Origin: an uncultured Verrucomicrobia subdivision 3 bacterium
GTDB taxonomy: Bacteria > Verrucomicrobiota > Verrucomicrobiia > Limisphaerales > UBA11358
Direction: 5' to 3'
DNA: 64,000 nucleotides
Assembly: GCA_903858275.1 (NCBI GenBank)
Contig: CAIOIC010000017.1
Location: 5,930 to 69,929 of the forward strand
Translations under genes and position numbers: made by a program
Notes under the pieces: generated by a model
Told to the model about the DNA's origin: nothing
Database searches by the model: none
What the model saw: only the letters and a program-made list of their open reading frames with translations
Shown here: in pieces, positions 9,642 to 18,177 of the stretch
Layout: each line of letters starts with the position of its first letter
How positions within the stretch are numbered: position 1 is the stretch's first letter

Positions 9642-10553
9642 ATGGGTCTATTTTCAAAATTCAAAGCCGGCCTGGCCAAGACACACGCCAAGCTCACGCA
9701 CGAAATCAAACGCATCGTCACGCGTTCGCCCAAGCTGACCGCCGAGTCGCTGGAGGAAATCGAGCACGCCCTCATCGCCGCCGATCTCGGCATGGCCATG
9801 ACCACTCAAATCGTGGCTGCCGTCAAACACGCCTACGAAACGCAAGGGACGGCTGGCCTCGATTACCTCGCCATCGCCCGCGCGGAAATCGAGAAAAGCC
9901 TGTCCGGCAACAAAGCGGATTTGCTCAAAGCGCCCAGCGGCCCGACGGTCGTTTCCATTGTCGGCGTGAACGGTACGGGCAAGACCACCACGTCCGCGAA
10001 ACTCGCCCACTACCTGCAATCGCAGAACAAGACCGTCTTGCTCGCCGCGTGCGACACCTTCCGTGCCGCCGCCATCGAACAACTCAAGCTTTGGGGCACT
10101 CGCCTCAAGATTGAAGTCATTGCCAGCGCATACGGCGCCGATGCCGCCTCGGTGGCGCACGACGCCGTGACCGCCGCATTGGCGCGCAAAACGGATTACC
10201 TTTTCATTGATACGGCGGGACGCCTGCACACGAAGCACAATCTCATGCAGGAGCTGCACAAGCTGCATCGTGTCATCGGCAAACAACTCGCCGGGGCGCC
10301 GCACGAAGTGCTGCTCGTGCTTGATGGCAGCACCGGCATGAACGCGCTGAACCAGGCGCGCGAATTCAACAAGTCCGTGCCGCTCACCGGTCTCATCGTG
10401 ACCAAGCTCGATGGCACAAGCAAAGGCGGCATGGTGGTGGCGATCCAGAAGGAACTCGGCCTGCCCATCAAATTCATCGGCCTCGGCGAACAGCCGGACG
10501 ACCTGCAGCCGTTCGACGCGAAAAATTTTACGCAGGCGCTGTTCGAAGAATGA
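9642..10553 (+). CDS. ftsY: signal recognition particle receptor FtsY (NG domain only)
   Basis: GVNGTGKTTTSAKLA P-loop, DTAGRL, TKLDGTSKGG and a PIKFIGLGE C-terminus. At 303 aa with no M domain, this is not Ffh. Confidence 0.9.
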   Translation: MGLFSKFKAGLAKTHAKLTHEIKRIVTRSPKLTAESLEEIEHALIAADLGMAMTTQIVAAVKHAYETQGTAGLDYLAIARAEIEKSLSGNKADLLKAPSGPTVVSIVGVNGTGKTTTSAKLAHYLQSQNKTVLLAACDTFRAAAIEQLKLWGTRLKIEVIASAYGADAASVAHDAVTAALARKTDYLFIDTAGRLHTKHNLMQELHKLHRVIGKQLAGAPHEVLLVLDGSTGMNALNQAREFNKSVPLTGLIVTKLDGTSKGGMVVAIQKELGLPIKFIGLGEQPDDLQPFDAKNFTQALFEE

Positions 10554-10984
10554 TTTTAGCCGACATCTTGACTAATACGCGGCAAAAGGGGAATTTATCC
10601 GGTGTGTTGATGCGACTCGGCAGATTTTTGGTGATTGCGGCGCTGGTTTTGACGACTGGCGCCCAATGGGCTGCGCTGCAAACCGTGGCATGGACGACGA
10701 TGCTGGCGAACAACCTCCGCAAGCAATCTGTGTCCGAAGCGGTTTCCCAAACCTTTGACGGCAAACACCCTTGTCCACTGTGCAAAGCCATTGCGACGGG
10801 CAAGAAATCCGAAAAGAAATCCGAAGCGGTCTCGCCGACGATGAAAATGGAATTTCCGCTGGCTGCGGAAAAATTAAATTTATTCCCGCCGTCGCAGTTT
10901 GAGTTCTTGCCGCTGCAAAACCACTTCGCCAATTTCTTCTCTTCCCCGCCGCTGCTGCCGCCGCCACGTGTCTGCTTTGTCTGA
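10550..10984 (+). CDS. small membrane protein with HPCPLC motif, unknown function
   Basis: 144-aa ORF whose ATG overlaps the ftsY stop (ATGA). An alternative start is MRLGRF at 10610. It has one hydrophobic helix (FLVIAALVLTTGAQWAAL), then TFDGKHPCPLCKAI, a Lys/Glu-rich stretch and a Pro-rich C-terminus. Confidence 0.55.
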   Translation: MILADILTNTRQKGNLSGVLMRLGRFLVIAALVLTTGAQWAALQTVAWTTMLANNLRKQSVSEAVSQTFDGKHPCPLCKAIATGKKSEKKSEAVSPTMKMEFPLAAEKLNLFPPSQFEFLPLQNHFANFFSSPPLLPPPRVCFV

Positions 10985-11090
10985 TTTCTAGTTTCGTTTT
11001 GCAAGTTCGCGCCTTCTGACGCGAATGCTTTAATTCCTTTTTAACCCAAGGGCGCATGGTTTCGCTCTTACAACCTTTTGTATTTAGAAA

Positions 11091-11903
11091 ATGAAAAAAG
11101 ATCTTATATTTGCAGCTATTTTAATCGCTGCGGGTGCGCAAGACGTTTCCGCAGCCATCCTTACTCAAATTCCGCCGCCGGACAGTATGGCCATGCCGAT
11201 GGTCTCCTATCAAGCGAGTGACGGCATGATTCATGTGATGATGCCGGGCGCAGTTCCGCAGCTCACGCCGTTGCTGGTGAGCAATCCGGGCGACAGTTTT
11301 GACCCGGCGGATCCGTGGTTCAATGCACTGGATCCCAGCGCGCAGGGTGCTTCGTTCAGCCGTCATTATGGCTTTATGATGGATGCCATGAGCGACCCAT
11401 TGCCCGCAAACACACAGATGTGGATTCGCAAGCTCGCCGGCCCGGCGGATCTGAAAATTTACAACTATTCGAGTTCCGTCCCGAAACAGTTGACCCCCGT
11501 TTTCGGCACGGATGGCTCGACCAACGCGGTCTATTGGAAAGGCATGATGTGGCATCCGGTCGTCGCCGCGCCGCCGGGAACAAACAGTTACACCGCGACC
11601 TTTGAAGTGTATCTCGTCAACACCGCAAACGGTCAGGAAGTTACCAACTCCAGCAGCGGCACACTCACCTTCAACTGGACGAACGCTTCCGATGGGCGTC
11701 CGGCTCTGAATCTCGCTCAGAAGATTGTCGTCGCCTGGCCGTCTGCCACCGCGACGAACTGGGTGCTGGAATCCACCGCCACAGTCAACGCGGCGACTTG
11801 GAATGCGGTCACCAACACCCCGGTAACAGTGGATGGCCAGCCGTCCGTCATCCTTGATCAAAATGCCGCGCAGCAGTTCTTCCGGATGCGCTTCGTTCCG
11901 TAA
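11091..11903 (+). CDS. secreted hypothetical protein
   Basis: 270-aa ORF with signal peptide [21 protein letters not shown]. No recognisable motif. It ends 5 nt before the next gene. Confidence 0.6.
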   Translation: MKKDLIFAAILIAAGAQDVSAAILTQIPPPDSMAMPMVSYQASDGMIHVMMPGAVPQLTPLLVSNPGDSFDPADPWFNALDPSAQGASFSRHYGFMMDAMSDPLPANTQMWIRKLAGPADLKIYNYSSSVPKQLTPVFGTDGSTNAVYWKGMMWHPVVAAPPGTNSYTATFEVYLVNTANGQEVTNSSSGTLTFNWTNASDGRPALNLAQKIVVAWPSATATNWVLESTATVNAATWNAVTNTPVTVDGQPSVILDQNAAQQFFRMRFVP

Positions 11904-11908
11904 AAATC

Positions 11909-12622
11909 ATGTTCCCATCAAAGGAACAACATCCGGCGGCTTCCGGTCTGCGAGTTAAAAACTCGGGGCTGGAAGTTCGCGCCGGTTTCACGCTGATTGA
12001 GCTGCTTGTGGTCATCGCCATCATCGCAGTGCTGGCGGCCATGTTGTTGCCGGCGTTATCAAGAGCCAAGGAAACCGCCCGGGCCGCGCAATGCTTGAGT
12101 AACCAACGGCAAATCGGCCTCGCGGTGCGACTGTATGCAGATGACAACGACGACACGTTTCCACGCAGCCAGCATTCCGCCTTTGCCCATAACCAATTGG
12201 TATGGGAGCGCGCCATTGCGCCCCAACTAGGATCCAGCACGACCGCCTGGACCAACCTGCTTGCCGGCGTTTACCGCTGCGCCAGCAGCAAGCTCACGAC
12301 ACCTTTGAGCTACGGGATGAATGTCTATCTTGAAGTCGGCCCGGATGATGACTACACCGGCAAACCGCTGACGTGGCGCAAGCCCATATGGATCGCCAAA
12401 CCTTCCGCCACCATCATCACCGCCGAACCCGGCACGGCGGCGGATCACATCATGGCACATTTCTGGATTTCGCAAACGGATGCCAACGACGAAGTGGATG
12501 CCCGCCGCCATTCGCAAAAATCCAACTACACCTTTGCCGACGGTCACAGCCAGTTGCTGCCGCTGGCAACCACCTACACGCCACCGCAACAGGATTTATG
12601 GAATCCATTGCTGGCGCAGTGA
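11909..12622 (+). CDS. prepilin-type N-terminal cleavage/methylation protein with H-X9-DG C-terminal motif (DUF1559-like pseudopilin)
   Basis: [30 protein letters not shown] type-IV-pilin-like N-terminus. The C-terminal [17 protein letters not shown] fits H-X9-DG. Confidence 0.85.
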   Translation: MFPSKEQHPAASGLRVKNSGLEVRAGFTLIELLVVIAIIAVLAAMLLPALSRAKETARAAQCLSNQRQIGLAVRLYADDNDDTFPRSQHSAFAHNQLVWERAIAPQLGSSTTAWTNLLAGVYRCASSKLTTPLSYGMNVYLEVGPDDDYTGKPLTWRKPIWIAKPSATIITAEPGTAADHIMAHFWISQTDANDEVDARRHSQKSNYTFADGHSQLLPLATTYTPPQQDLWNPLLAQ

Positions 12623-12668
12623 ATAATTGATTTTCTTCCAACCAAACCAACCAAACTGAAAATAAAAA

Positions 12669-13586
12669 ATGAAAAAACAAACCATTGGACTTAACATCTT
12701 GGCCGCGGTTTTGACTCCGGGCGCGGCTTGCGCCTGCGCCTGCGGCTGTGGCGTATTTGACGTGGGCACCAGCTCACTGATGCCGGAACGCGCCGGCGGC
12801 ACCGTGTTTCTGAACTACGACTACCAAAACCAGAACCAGAACTGGAGCGGCACCTCGTCCGCACCCGGCGAAAACAACGAGGATAAAAAAATCGAAACCC
12901 ACACGGTCACGCTCGGCCTGCAATATATGTTCAACCGCAGCTGGGGCGCGAAGCTGGAGCTGCCGTTCGTCAACCGCACGTTTGATTCGGCGGCAAATGC
13001 CGGCTCGCTTAACTGGAGCGGCTTGGGCGACCTGCGGCTGCGTGGCATCTACACCGGTTTCTCGGATGATTTGTCCACCGGCCTGACCTTCGGCCTGAAA
13101 TTGCCGACGGGCAGCCACACGCACACCGAGGCGCTTGGCGACATTGACCGCGACACGCAGATCGGCCGCGGCAGCACGGACATTTTACTCGGCGGCTTTC
13201 ATCGCGGCAGCCTCGCCGGCAGCACGCGCTGGAACTGGTTCGCGCAGGCGCAACTTGATTTGCCCATGCTAAAACAAGGCGACTACCGGCCCGGCCTTGA
13301 AGCGGATGCGGCGGCGGGAATTTACTATGACCGCCTGTCGTTGGGATGCGTGGAGTTTTCGCCGGTGGTGCAAGTGATTGGTGTCTGGCGCGGGCGCGAC
13401 AACGGTGCCGCCGCCGCACCGGACGACTCCGGCTATCAGCGCGTGCTGCTCGCGCCGGGAATCGAATTCAACCTGCGCCCGGTGAAAATTTATGCGGATG
13501 TGGAAATTCCCGTTTATCAAAACATCAGCGGCAACCAGCTCATCGCCCCGGTCTTGTTCAAAGTAAGCGCCAGCTATACCTTCTAA
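12669..13586 (+). CDS. outer-membrane beta-barrel protein (MetA-pathway/transporter-like) with N-terminal CACACGCG motif
   Basis: 305-aa ORF. The signal peptide is followed directly by CACACGCGVFDV. Amphipathic strand patterns alternate along the protein (TVTLGLQYMF, GAKLELPFV), and it ends in aromatic ...SASYTF. Confidence 0.7.
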   Translation: MKKQTIGLNILAAVLTPGAACACACGCGVFDVGTSSLMPERAGGTVFLNYDYQNQNQNWSGTSSAPGENNEDKKIETHTVTLGLQYMFNRSWGAKLELPFVNRTFDSAANAGSLNWSGLGDLRLRGIYTGFSDDLSTGLTFGLKLPTGSHTHTEALGDIDRDTQIGRGSTDILLGGFHRGSLAGSTRWNWFAQAQLDLPMLKQGDYRPGLEADAAAGIYYDRLSLGCVEFSPVVQVIGVWRGRDNGAAAAPDDSGYQRVLLAPGIEFNLRPVKIYADVEIPVYQNISGNQLIAPVLFKVSASYTF

Positions 13587-13588
13587 TA

Positions 13589-14254
13589 ATGCCGATGGCC
13601 CCAGACCAACCTGCCGCGCCCGTCCGGTGCCAGGACGAAAAGCTGTTTCTCGTCATCGTCATCGTCTTGGCGCTGGTCGCGGGTGTCGGCAGTTGGTTCG
13701 CGGCCGCGGCTTTGTCACACCGGGAAAAGCCCCATGGCATTCCGCCCGACAAGGAACGGAGGCTCGGCGATTTTTCTTTGATTGATACAGCCGGCCGAAC
13801 CGTGACGCGCAACGAACTCAGCGGGGAAATTCTCGTGGTCAGCTTCCTCTTCACAAGCTGTTCGCTGACGTGTCCCGAGGTCACCCGACACATGGCGGAA
13901 ATCCAGCAACTGACGGCAACGAACACCGGCGTGCGCCTGATCTCGCTCACCGTGGATCCACGCACAGACACGGCGCCCGTGCTGGCCAAATGGGGCGCAC
14001 GGTTCGGCACAGATACGAACCGCTGGCTGTTGCTCACCGGCGACAAAGCCATGCTGCACGGACTCATCGGCGGAAGTTTTCTGGCGCAAGACATCGGCGA
14101 TCCCTTCAATTCCATGCCCGGCAATTTCACCGGCACGGACCGCATCGCCGTGGTGGACAAACAGGGAACCTTGCGGATTTTCTTCGACGGATTAAGAAAC
14201 GAAACGCCCGCCGCGGTCGCGGCAGAAATCGCGCGGCTGCAAAATGAAAACTAG
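13589..14254 (+). CDS. SCO1/SenC-family copper chaperone / thiol-disulfide oxidoreductase, membrane anchored
   Basis: ATG at 13589, 2 nt after the barrel stop and in frame with track ORF 13346. It has a TM helix LFLVIVIVLALVAGVGSWFAAAAL, the motif FLFTSCSLTCP (CxxxCP) and LISLTVDPRTDTAPVL. Confidence 0.8.
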   Translation: MPMAPDQPAAPVRCQDEKLFLVIVIVLALVAGVGSWFAAAALSHREKPHGIPPDKERRLGDFSLIDTAGRTVTRNELSGEILVVSFLFTSCSLTCPEVTRHMAEIQQLTATNTGVRLISLTVDPRTDTAPVLAKWGARFGTDTNRWLLLTGDKAMLHGLIGGSFLAQDIGDPFNSMPGNFTGTDRIAVVDKQGTLRIFFDGLRNETPAAVAAEIARLQNEN

Positions 14255-15125
14255 ATTTATGAAACTACCACTCCTGTTCATCCTCGCAATGATTCCGGCG
14301 CTGGCCGGATGCAAACCGGAAACCACCGCACCGCCGGCCAAGATTTATTTCGTCCGCGGCGTCGTGCAGAAAATTCCACCCGATCAACGGCACGCAACCA
14401 TCAAGCACGAAGCCATTCCCGGCTACATGGCGGCGATGACAATGGATTTGACTGTCAAAAACCCAAACGAACTCAAAGACATTTCCGCCGGCGACGAAAT
14501 CACTTTCGACATGGTGGTCACGGAGGACGACGACTGGATCCAAAACCTCCGGCGCACCGGTAAATCGGTCGCGACGCGCACTCCCGTCTGGCGGGTCGTG
14601 GAAGCCGAGCTTGAAGTTGGCGCGACGCTGCCGAACCACACCTTCACCAGCGAAAGCAAACGGCTGGTGAGCTTCGCTGATTTTCGCGGCCGCGCGGTGG
14701 CGTTCACGTTTTTCTTCACGAGTTGCCCACTGCCGGAATATTGCCCGCGCATGAACAAAAACTTTTTTGAAGCCCGCAAGCTGCTGCTAGCGGATGCCAA
14801 CGCACCGGCAAACTGGCAGTTGCTTTCCCTCTCGTTTGATCCAGGCTTTGACACGCCGGAAATTCTATCGAATTACGGAAAGTTTTACCGGGGTGATAAT
14901 GCCGATCGCTGGCTGTTCGCTGTCGCGTCCACCAACACGCTCGCCAGCCTCGGGCCGAAGGTGGATTTGCGTTTCTGGCGTGAAGGCGGCTCCATCTCGC
15001 ACAACCTGCGCACGGTGGTGCTCGACACGAATGAAAAAATCTTCCGCCAGTTTGACGGCAACGACTGGACCCCGCAGCAACTGGCCGAGGCCATCCGGGA
15101 TGCGGCCAAGGTGCCAGTGCGATGA
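14244..15125 (+). CDS. lipoprotein: CusF-like copper-binding domain fused to an SCO-family thioredoxin-fold domain
   Basis: Lipobox LAGC. The CusF-type motif KHEAIPGYMAAMTMDLTV comes first, followed by FTFFFTSCPLPEYCPRM and LLSLSFDPGFDTPE. The gene overlaps the preceding SCO gene by 11 nt; an alternative ATG at 14259 removes the overlap. Confidence 0.8.
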   Translation: MKTRFMKLPLLFILAMIPALAGCKPETTAPPAKIYFVRGVVQKIPPDQRHATIKHEAIPGYMAAMTMDLTVKNPNELKDISAGDEITFDMVVTEDDDWIQNLRRTGKSVATRTPVWRVVEAELEVGATLPNHTFTSESKRLVSFADFRGRAVAFTFFFTSCPLPEYCPRMNKNFFEARKLLLADANAPANWQLLSLSFDPGFDTPEILSNYGKFYRGDNADRWLFAVASTNTLASLGPKVDLRFWREGGSISHNLRTVVLDTNEKIFRQFDGNDWTPQQLAEAIRDAAKVPVR

Positions 15126-15170
15126 CTTGGCGGTTTTGACATCCAAACCAATTCGTTTAACTTGGTTTGC

Positions 15171-16457
15171 ATGACATTGACGGAACAGATGACGCAACTG
15201 GCCAAACAGGCCAAGGCGGCGTCGCGCGAACTCGCCAAGCTGACCACGGCAGAGAAAAACGACTGTCTGCTCGCGATGGCCAACGCGCTCGAACAAAACG
15301 CCGCGGCCATCAAGGCAGCCAACGCGCTCGACATGGAGTTCGGGGCGAGCCACGGTTTGTCATCAGCGATGCTCGACCGACTCAAACTCGACGATAAACG
15401 CATCGCCGGCATGGCGAAAGGCTTGCGTGAAGTCGCGGCGCTGCCGGATCCCGTCGGAAAAATCCTCGACGAGCGAACGCGGCCCAACGGCCTGAAGCTA
15501 CAAAAGATTTCCACGCCCATCGGCGTGGTGGTCATCATATACGAATCACGCCCCAACGTCACCGCCGACGCGGCGAGCCTGTGTTTCAAGTCCGGCAACG
15601 CCACGATCCTGCGCGGCGGCAAGGAGGCTTTGAATTCCAATCAGATCATCGCGAAGACCATGATCGATGCGGCGAAGATTGCACATCGAGGTTTTCCCGA
15701 GCACGCCATCCAGGTTGTGCCCACCGCCGACCGCGATGCGATCCCGGCGCTGCTATCGCTCACGCAATACATTGACCTCTGCATGCCCCGCGGCGGCGAA
15801 AGCCTCATCCGCGCCGTGACGGACTGTTCGAAAGTTCCGGTCATCAAGCATTACAAGGGCGTCTGCCACATCTTCGTGGACGCCGAGGCAGATCTGAAAA
15901 TGGCGGAAGCAATCGTGATGAACGCCAAAGTCCAGCGCCCCGGCGTCTGCAACTCGGCGGAAACCTTGCTGGTGGACAAAGCGATTGCGGAAATATTTCT
16001 TCCCGCGATGGCAGAAAAACTGTTTTCCAAGAACGTCGAACTCCGTGTTGATGATGCAACCCGTGACGTTTTGAACTCAAAACTCAAAACTCAAAACTCA
16101 AAACTGCGAGCGGCCAGCGAGCAAGACTGGTTCACGGAATACAATGACTACATCCTCAACATCCGCGTCGTGGACGGCGTCGGCGCGGCAATTGATCATA
16201 TCAATCATTACGGCTCGGCGCACTCGGACAGTATCGTCACGAAGAACGAAGCCCACGCGCGGCAGTTCCTCGCCGAGGTGGATTCAGCGACGGTGTATTG
16301 GAACGCCAGCACGCGGTTCACCGACGGCGGCGAGTTCGGCATGGGCGCGGAAATCGGCATCAGCACCGACAAGATTGGAGCGCGCGGCCCGATGGGCCTG
16401 GACGAATTGACCAGCTATAAATGGCTTGGCCTCGGCACGGGGCAAATTAGATCGTGA
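15171..16457 (+). CDS. proA: gamma-glutamyl phosphate reductase
   Basis: Full-length ProA-like sequence: MTLTEQMTQLAKQAKAASRELA..., IYESRPNVT, CNSAETLLV, YGSAHSDSIVT. ATG at 15171; the track start at 15162 is TTG. Confidence 0.9.
   Translation: MTLTEQMTQLAKQAKAASRELAKLTTAEKNDCLLAMANALEQNAAAIKAANALDMEFGASHGLSSAMLDRLKLDDKRIAGMAKGLREVAALPDPVGKILDERTRPNGLKLQKISTPIGVVVIIYESRPNVTADAASLCFKSGNATILRGGKEALNSNQIIAKTMIDAAKIAHRGFPEHAIQVVPTADRDAIPALLSLTQYIDLCMPRGGESLIRAVTDCSKVPVIKHYKGVCHIFVDAEADLKMAEAIVMNAKVQRPGVCNSAETLLVDKAIAEIFLPAMAEKLFSKNVELRVDDATRDVLNSKLKTQNSKLRAASEQDWFTEYNDYILNIRVVDGVGAAIDHINHYGSAHSDSIVTKNEAHARQFLAEVDSATVYWNASTRFTDGGEFGMGAEIGISTDKIGARGPMGLDELTSYKWLGLGTGQIRS
16074..16105 (+). repeat. 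heptanucleotide tandem repeat (AACTCAA x4.6) inside proA
   Basis: aactcaa|aactcaa|aactcaa|aactcaa|aact, read directly. It translates as NSKLKTQNSKL. Confidence 0.9.
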
Positions 16458-17431
16458 CTACGGACGCCAAAATTCTTTCCGCGCTGCGCGCCAATCCTGA
16501 CGGCGTTTCCGGCGCGCAACTGGCGGATCAGTTGGCCATCAGCCGGGCGGCGATTTGGGCGCGCATGGATGAATTGCGCAAGGTTGGCTACGATATCGAG
16601 GCCAGCCCGCATTTTGGCTACAAACTCGTGAGTTCTCCGGACGCGCTGCACGCGGACGATCTGCTGGCGCGGCTGGGCAAAACCAAGGTCATTGGCCGCG
16701 ACATCCAAGTTTTTGAGCAAACCACTTCTACCAACGACGTGGTGGAAAAACTGGCACGCGACGGCGTGCGCGAGGGCGCGGTGGTTTTCGCCGAATCACA
16801 AACCAAAGGTCGCGGACGGCTCGGGCGCAAGTGGTCGTCACCGACACGCAAGGGGCTTTGGTTTTCCGTTTTGCTGCGTCCGGGACTGCCTCCGCAGGAG
16901 GCGACGCAGTTGACCGTGATTTCCGCCACGGCCTTGCGCCGCGCCATCAAGTCCGTTACCGGCTTGTCCGCTGAAATCAAATGGCCGAATGACTTGCTGC
17001 TCGGTGGAAAAAAAGTCGCAGGCATTCTCACGGAAATGAGCGCGGAAGTGGATTGCGTGCGCCATATCATCATCGGCATCGGGCTGGATGTGAATCAGGA
17101 CGCGGACGAATTTCCACCCGAACTGCACCGCATCGCCACCTCGCTGAAAATCGAAGCTGGTGAGGAGATTTCCCGCGCTGAACTGGCGACAGAGATTCTG
17201 CGCGAACTGGACACGGAATACGCGCACATTGGCGCTGGAAATTTTCCCGAAGTCGCCGATGAATGGGAAGCCGCCTGTGTAACCATCGGGCGAAATGTGA
17301 CTGTCCATATCGGTGACCGTAAATTACGCGGCCGGGCGGAATCATTGGATGATGATGGCGCACTGTTGGTTCGCACCGAACATGGCCATCTGGAACGCAT
17401 CACCGGCGGCGACGTGATTTTAGAAAAATGA
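16454..17431 (+). CDS. birA: bifunctional biotin-[acetyl-CoA-carboxylase] ligase / biotin operon repressor
   Basis: N-terminal wHTH (ISGAQLADQLAISRAAIWARMDELR), GRGRLGRKW and KWPNDLL. The GTG start overlaps the proA stop (GTGA). Confidence 0.9.
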   Translation: MTTDAKILSALRANPDGVSGAQLADQLAISRAAIWARMDELRKVGYDIEASPHFGYKLVSSPDALHADDLLARLGKTKVIGRDIQVFEQTTSTNDVVEKLARDGVREGAVVFAESQTKGRGRLGRKWSSPTRKGLWFSVLLRPGLPPQEATQLTVISATALRRAIKSVTGLSAEIKWPNDLLLGGKKVAGILTEMSAEVDCVRHIIIGIGLDVNQDADEFPPELHRIATSLKIEAGEEISRAELATEILRELDTEYAHIGAGNFPEVADEWEAACVTIGRNVTVHIGDRKLRGRAESLDDDGALLVRTEHGHLERITGGDVILEK

Positions 17432-18174
17432 TTCTACTCTTTGACATCGGCAACACGCACACGCACGTCGGTCTGGCTGACGAAAAACGCGTGATCAAAC
17501 AAATCGACATCCCAACGCTCGCGTGGTTTGGCGGCGGCGCTGCGGCACTGGTTGAAAAGTTTGTCGGCTCAAAACCAGTTGAAGGGGCGGCTTTGTGCAG
17601 TGTCGTGCCGCGGGCGACCCCGTTGGCGCGCAAAGCGCTAAGTGCAATTTGGAAGCTGGAGGCGCTGGAGGTAAACGCCCGGACCATTCGCGGCGTGGGC
17701 ATTGATTATCCCAAGCCGAATTCCATCGGCCCGGACCGGCTGGCGAATGCTCTGGCGGCAAAAAACCGTTTTGGCGCGCCGGTGGTGGTCGTGGATTTCG
17801 GCACGGCGGTGACGTTTGACGTGGTGAATACGAAGGGCAACTACGTCGGCGGCATCATCGCGCCGGGGCTGGCGGCGATGACAAATTATTTGCACGAGAA
17901 AACCGCGCTACTGCCGAAAATTAAAATCCGCGAAATCAAATCCGCCATCGGCAAAAGCACGGAAGAGGCCATGCTGGTCGGTGCGGTGCATGGCTATCGC
18001 GGACTGGTGCGCGAGCTGATTGCGGAATTAAAACGCGAACTGCGCGTGAAAAAATTGCCGGTCATCGCAACGGGCGGTTACGCAAAACTCATCGCGGCGA
18101 AGCTGCCGGAAATTTCCGCCGTCGAGCCGGATTTGACGCTGGATGGCCTGCGGCTGGCTTGGCGGATAAAATGA
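17428..18174 (+). CDS. coaX: type III pantothenate kinase
   Basis: MILLFDIGNTHTHVGL, VVDFGTAVTFD, and the IATGGYA C-terminal block. ATGA overlap with the birA stop. Confidence 0.9.
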   Translation: MILLFDIGNTHTHVGLADEKRVIKQIDIPTLAWFGGGAAALVEKFVGSKPVEGAALCSVVPRATPLARKALSAIWKLEALEVNARTIRGVGIDYPKPNSIGPDRLANALAAKNRFGAPVVVVDFGTAVTFDVVNTKGNYVGGIIAPGLAAMTNYLHEKTALLPKIKIREIKSAIGKSTEEAMLVGAVHGYRGLVRELIAELKRELRVKKLPVIATGGYAKLIAAKLPEISAVEPDLTLDGLRLAWRIK

Positions 18175-18177
18175 TGC

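Noticed and set aside
9254-10114. 286-aa Arg/His-rich plus-strand ORF spanning the PHP gene end and ftsY
   Set aside because: It is out of frame with two well-supported genes, and its extreme Arg/Pro/His composition is typical of an off-frame GC-rich translation.
13346-13588. Upstream 81 codons of the SCO ORF overlapping the barrel gene
   Set aside because: The overlapping part is Arg-rich and lies in the barrel coding region. ATG at 13589, right after the barrel stop, gives a normal TM-anchored SCO protein.
16074-16105. Short tandem repeats (also 28484-28517, 22850-22876 and 12638-12655 CCAACCAAA x2) as a CRISPR array or classical phase-variation switch
   Set aside because: The units are 7-14 nt with no spacers, so this is not CRISPR. 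Three of the four lie in essential or housekeeping genes where on/off switching is implausible. They are reported as repeat insertions instead.
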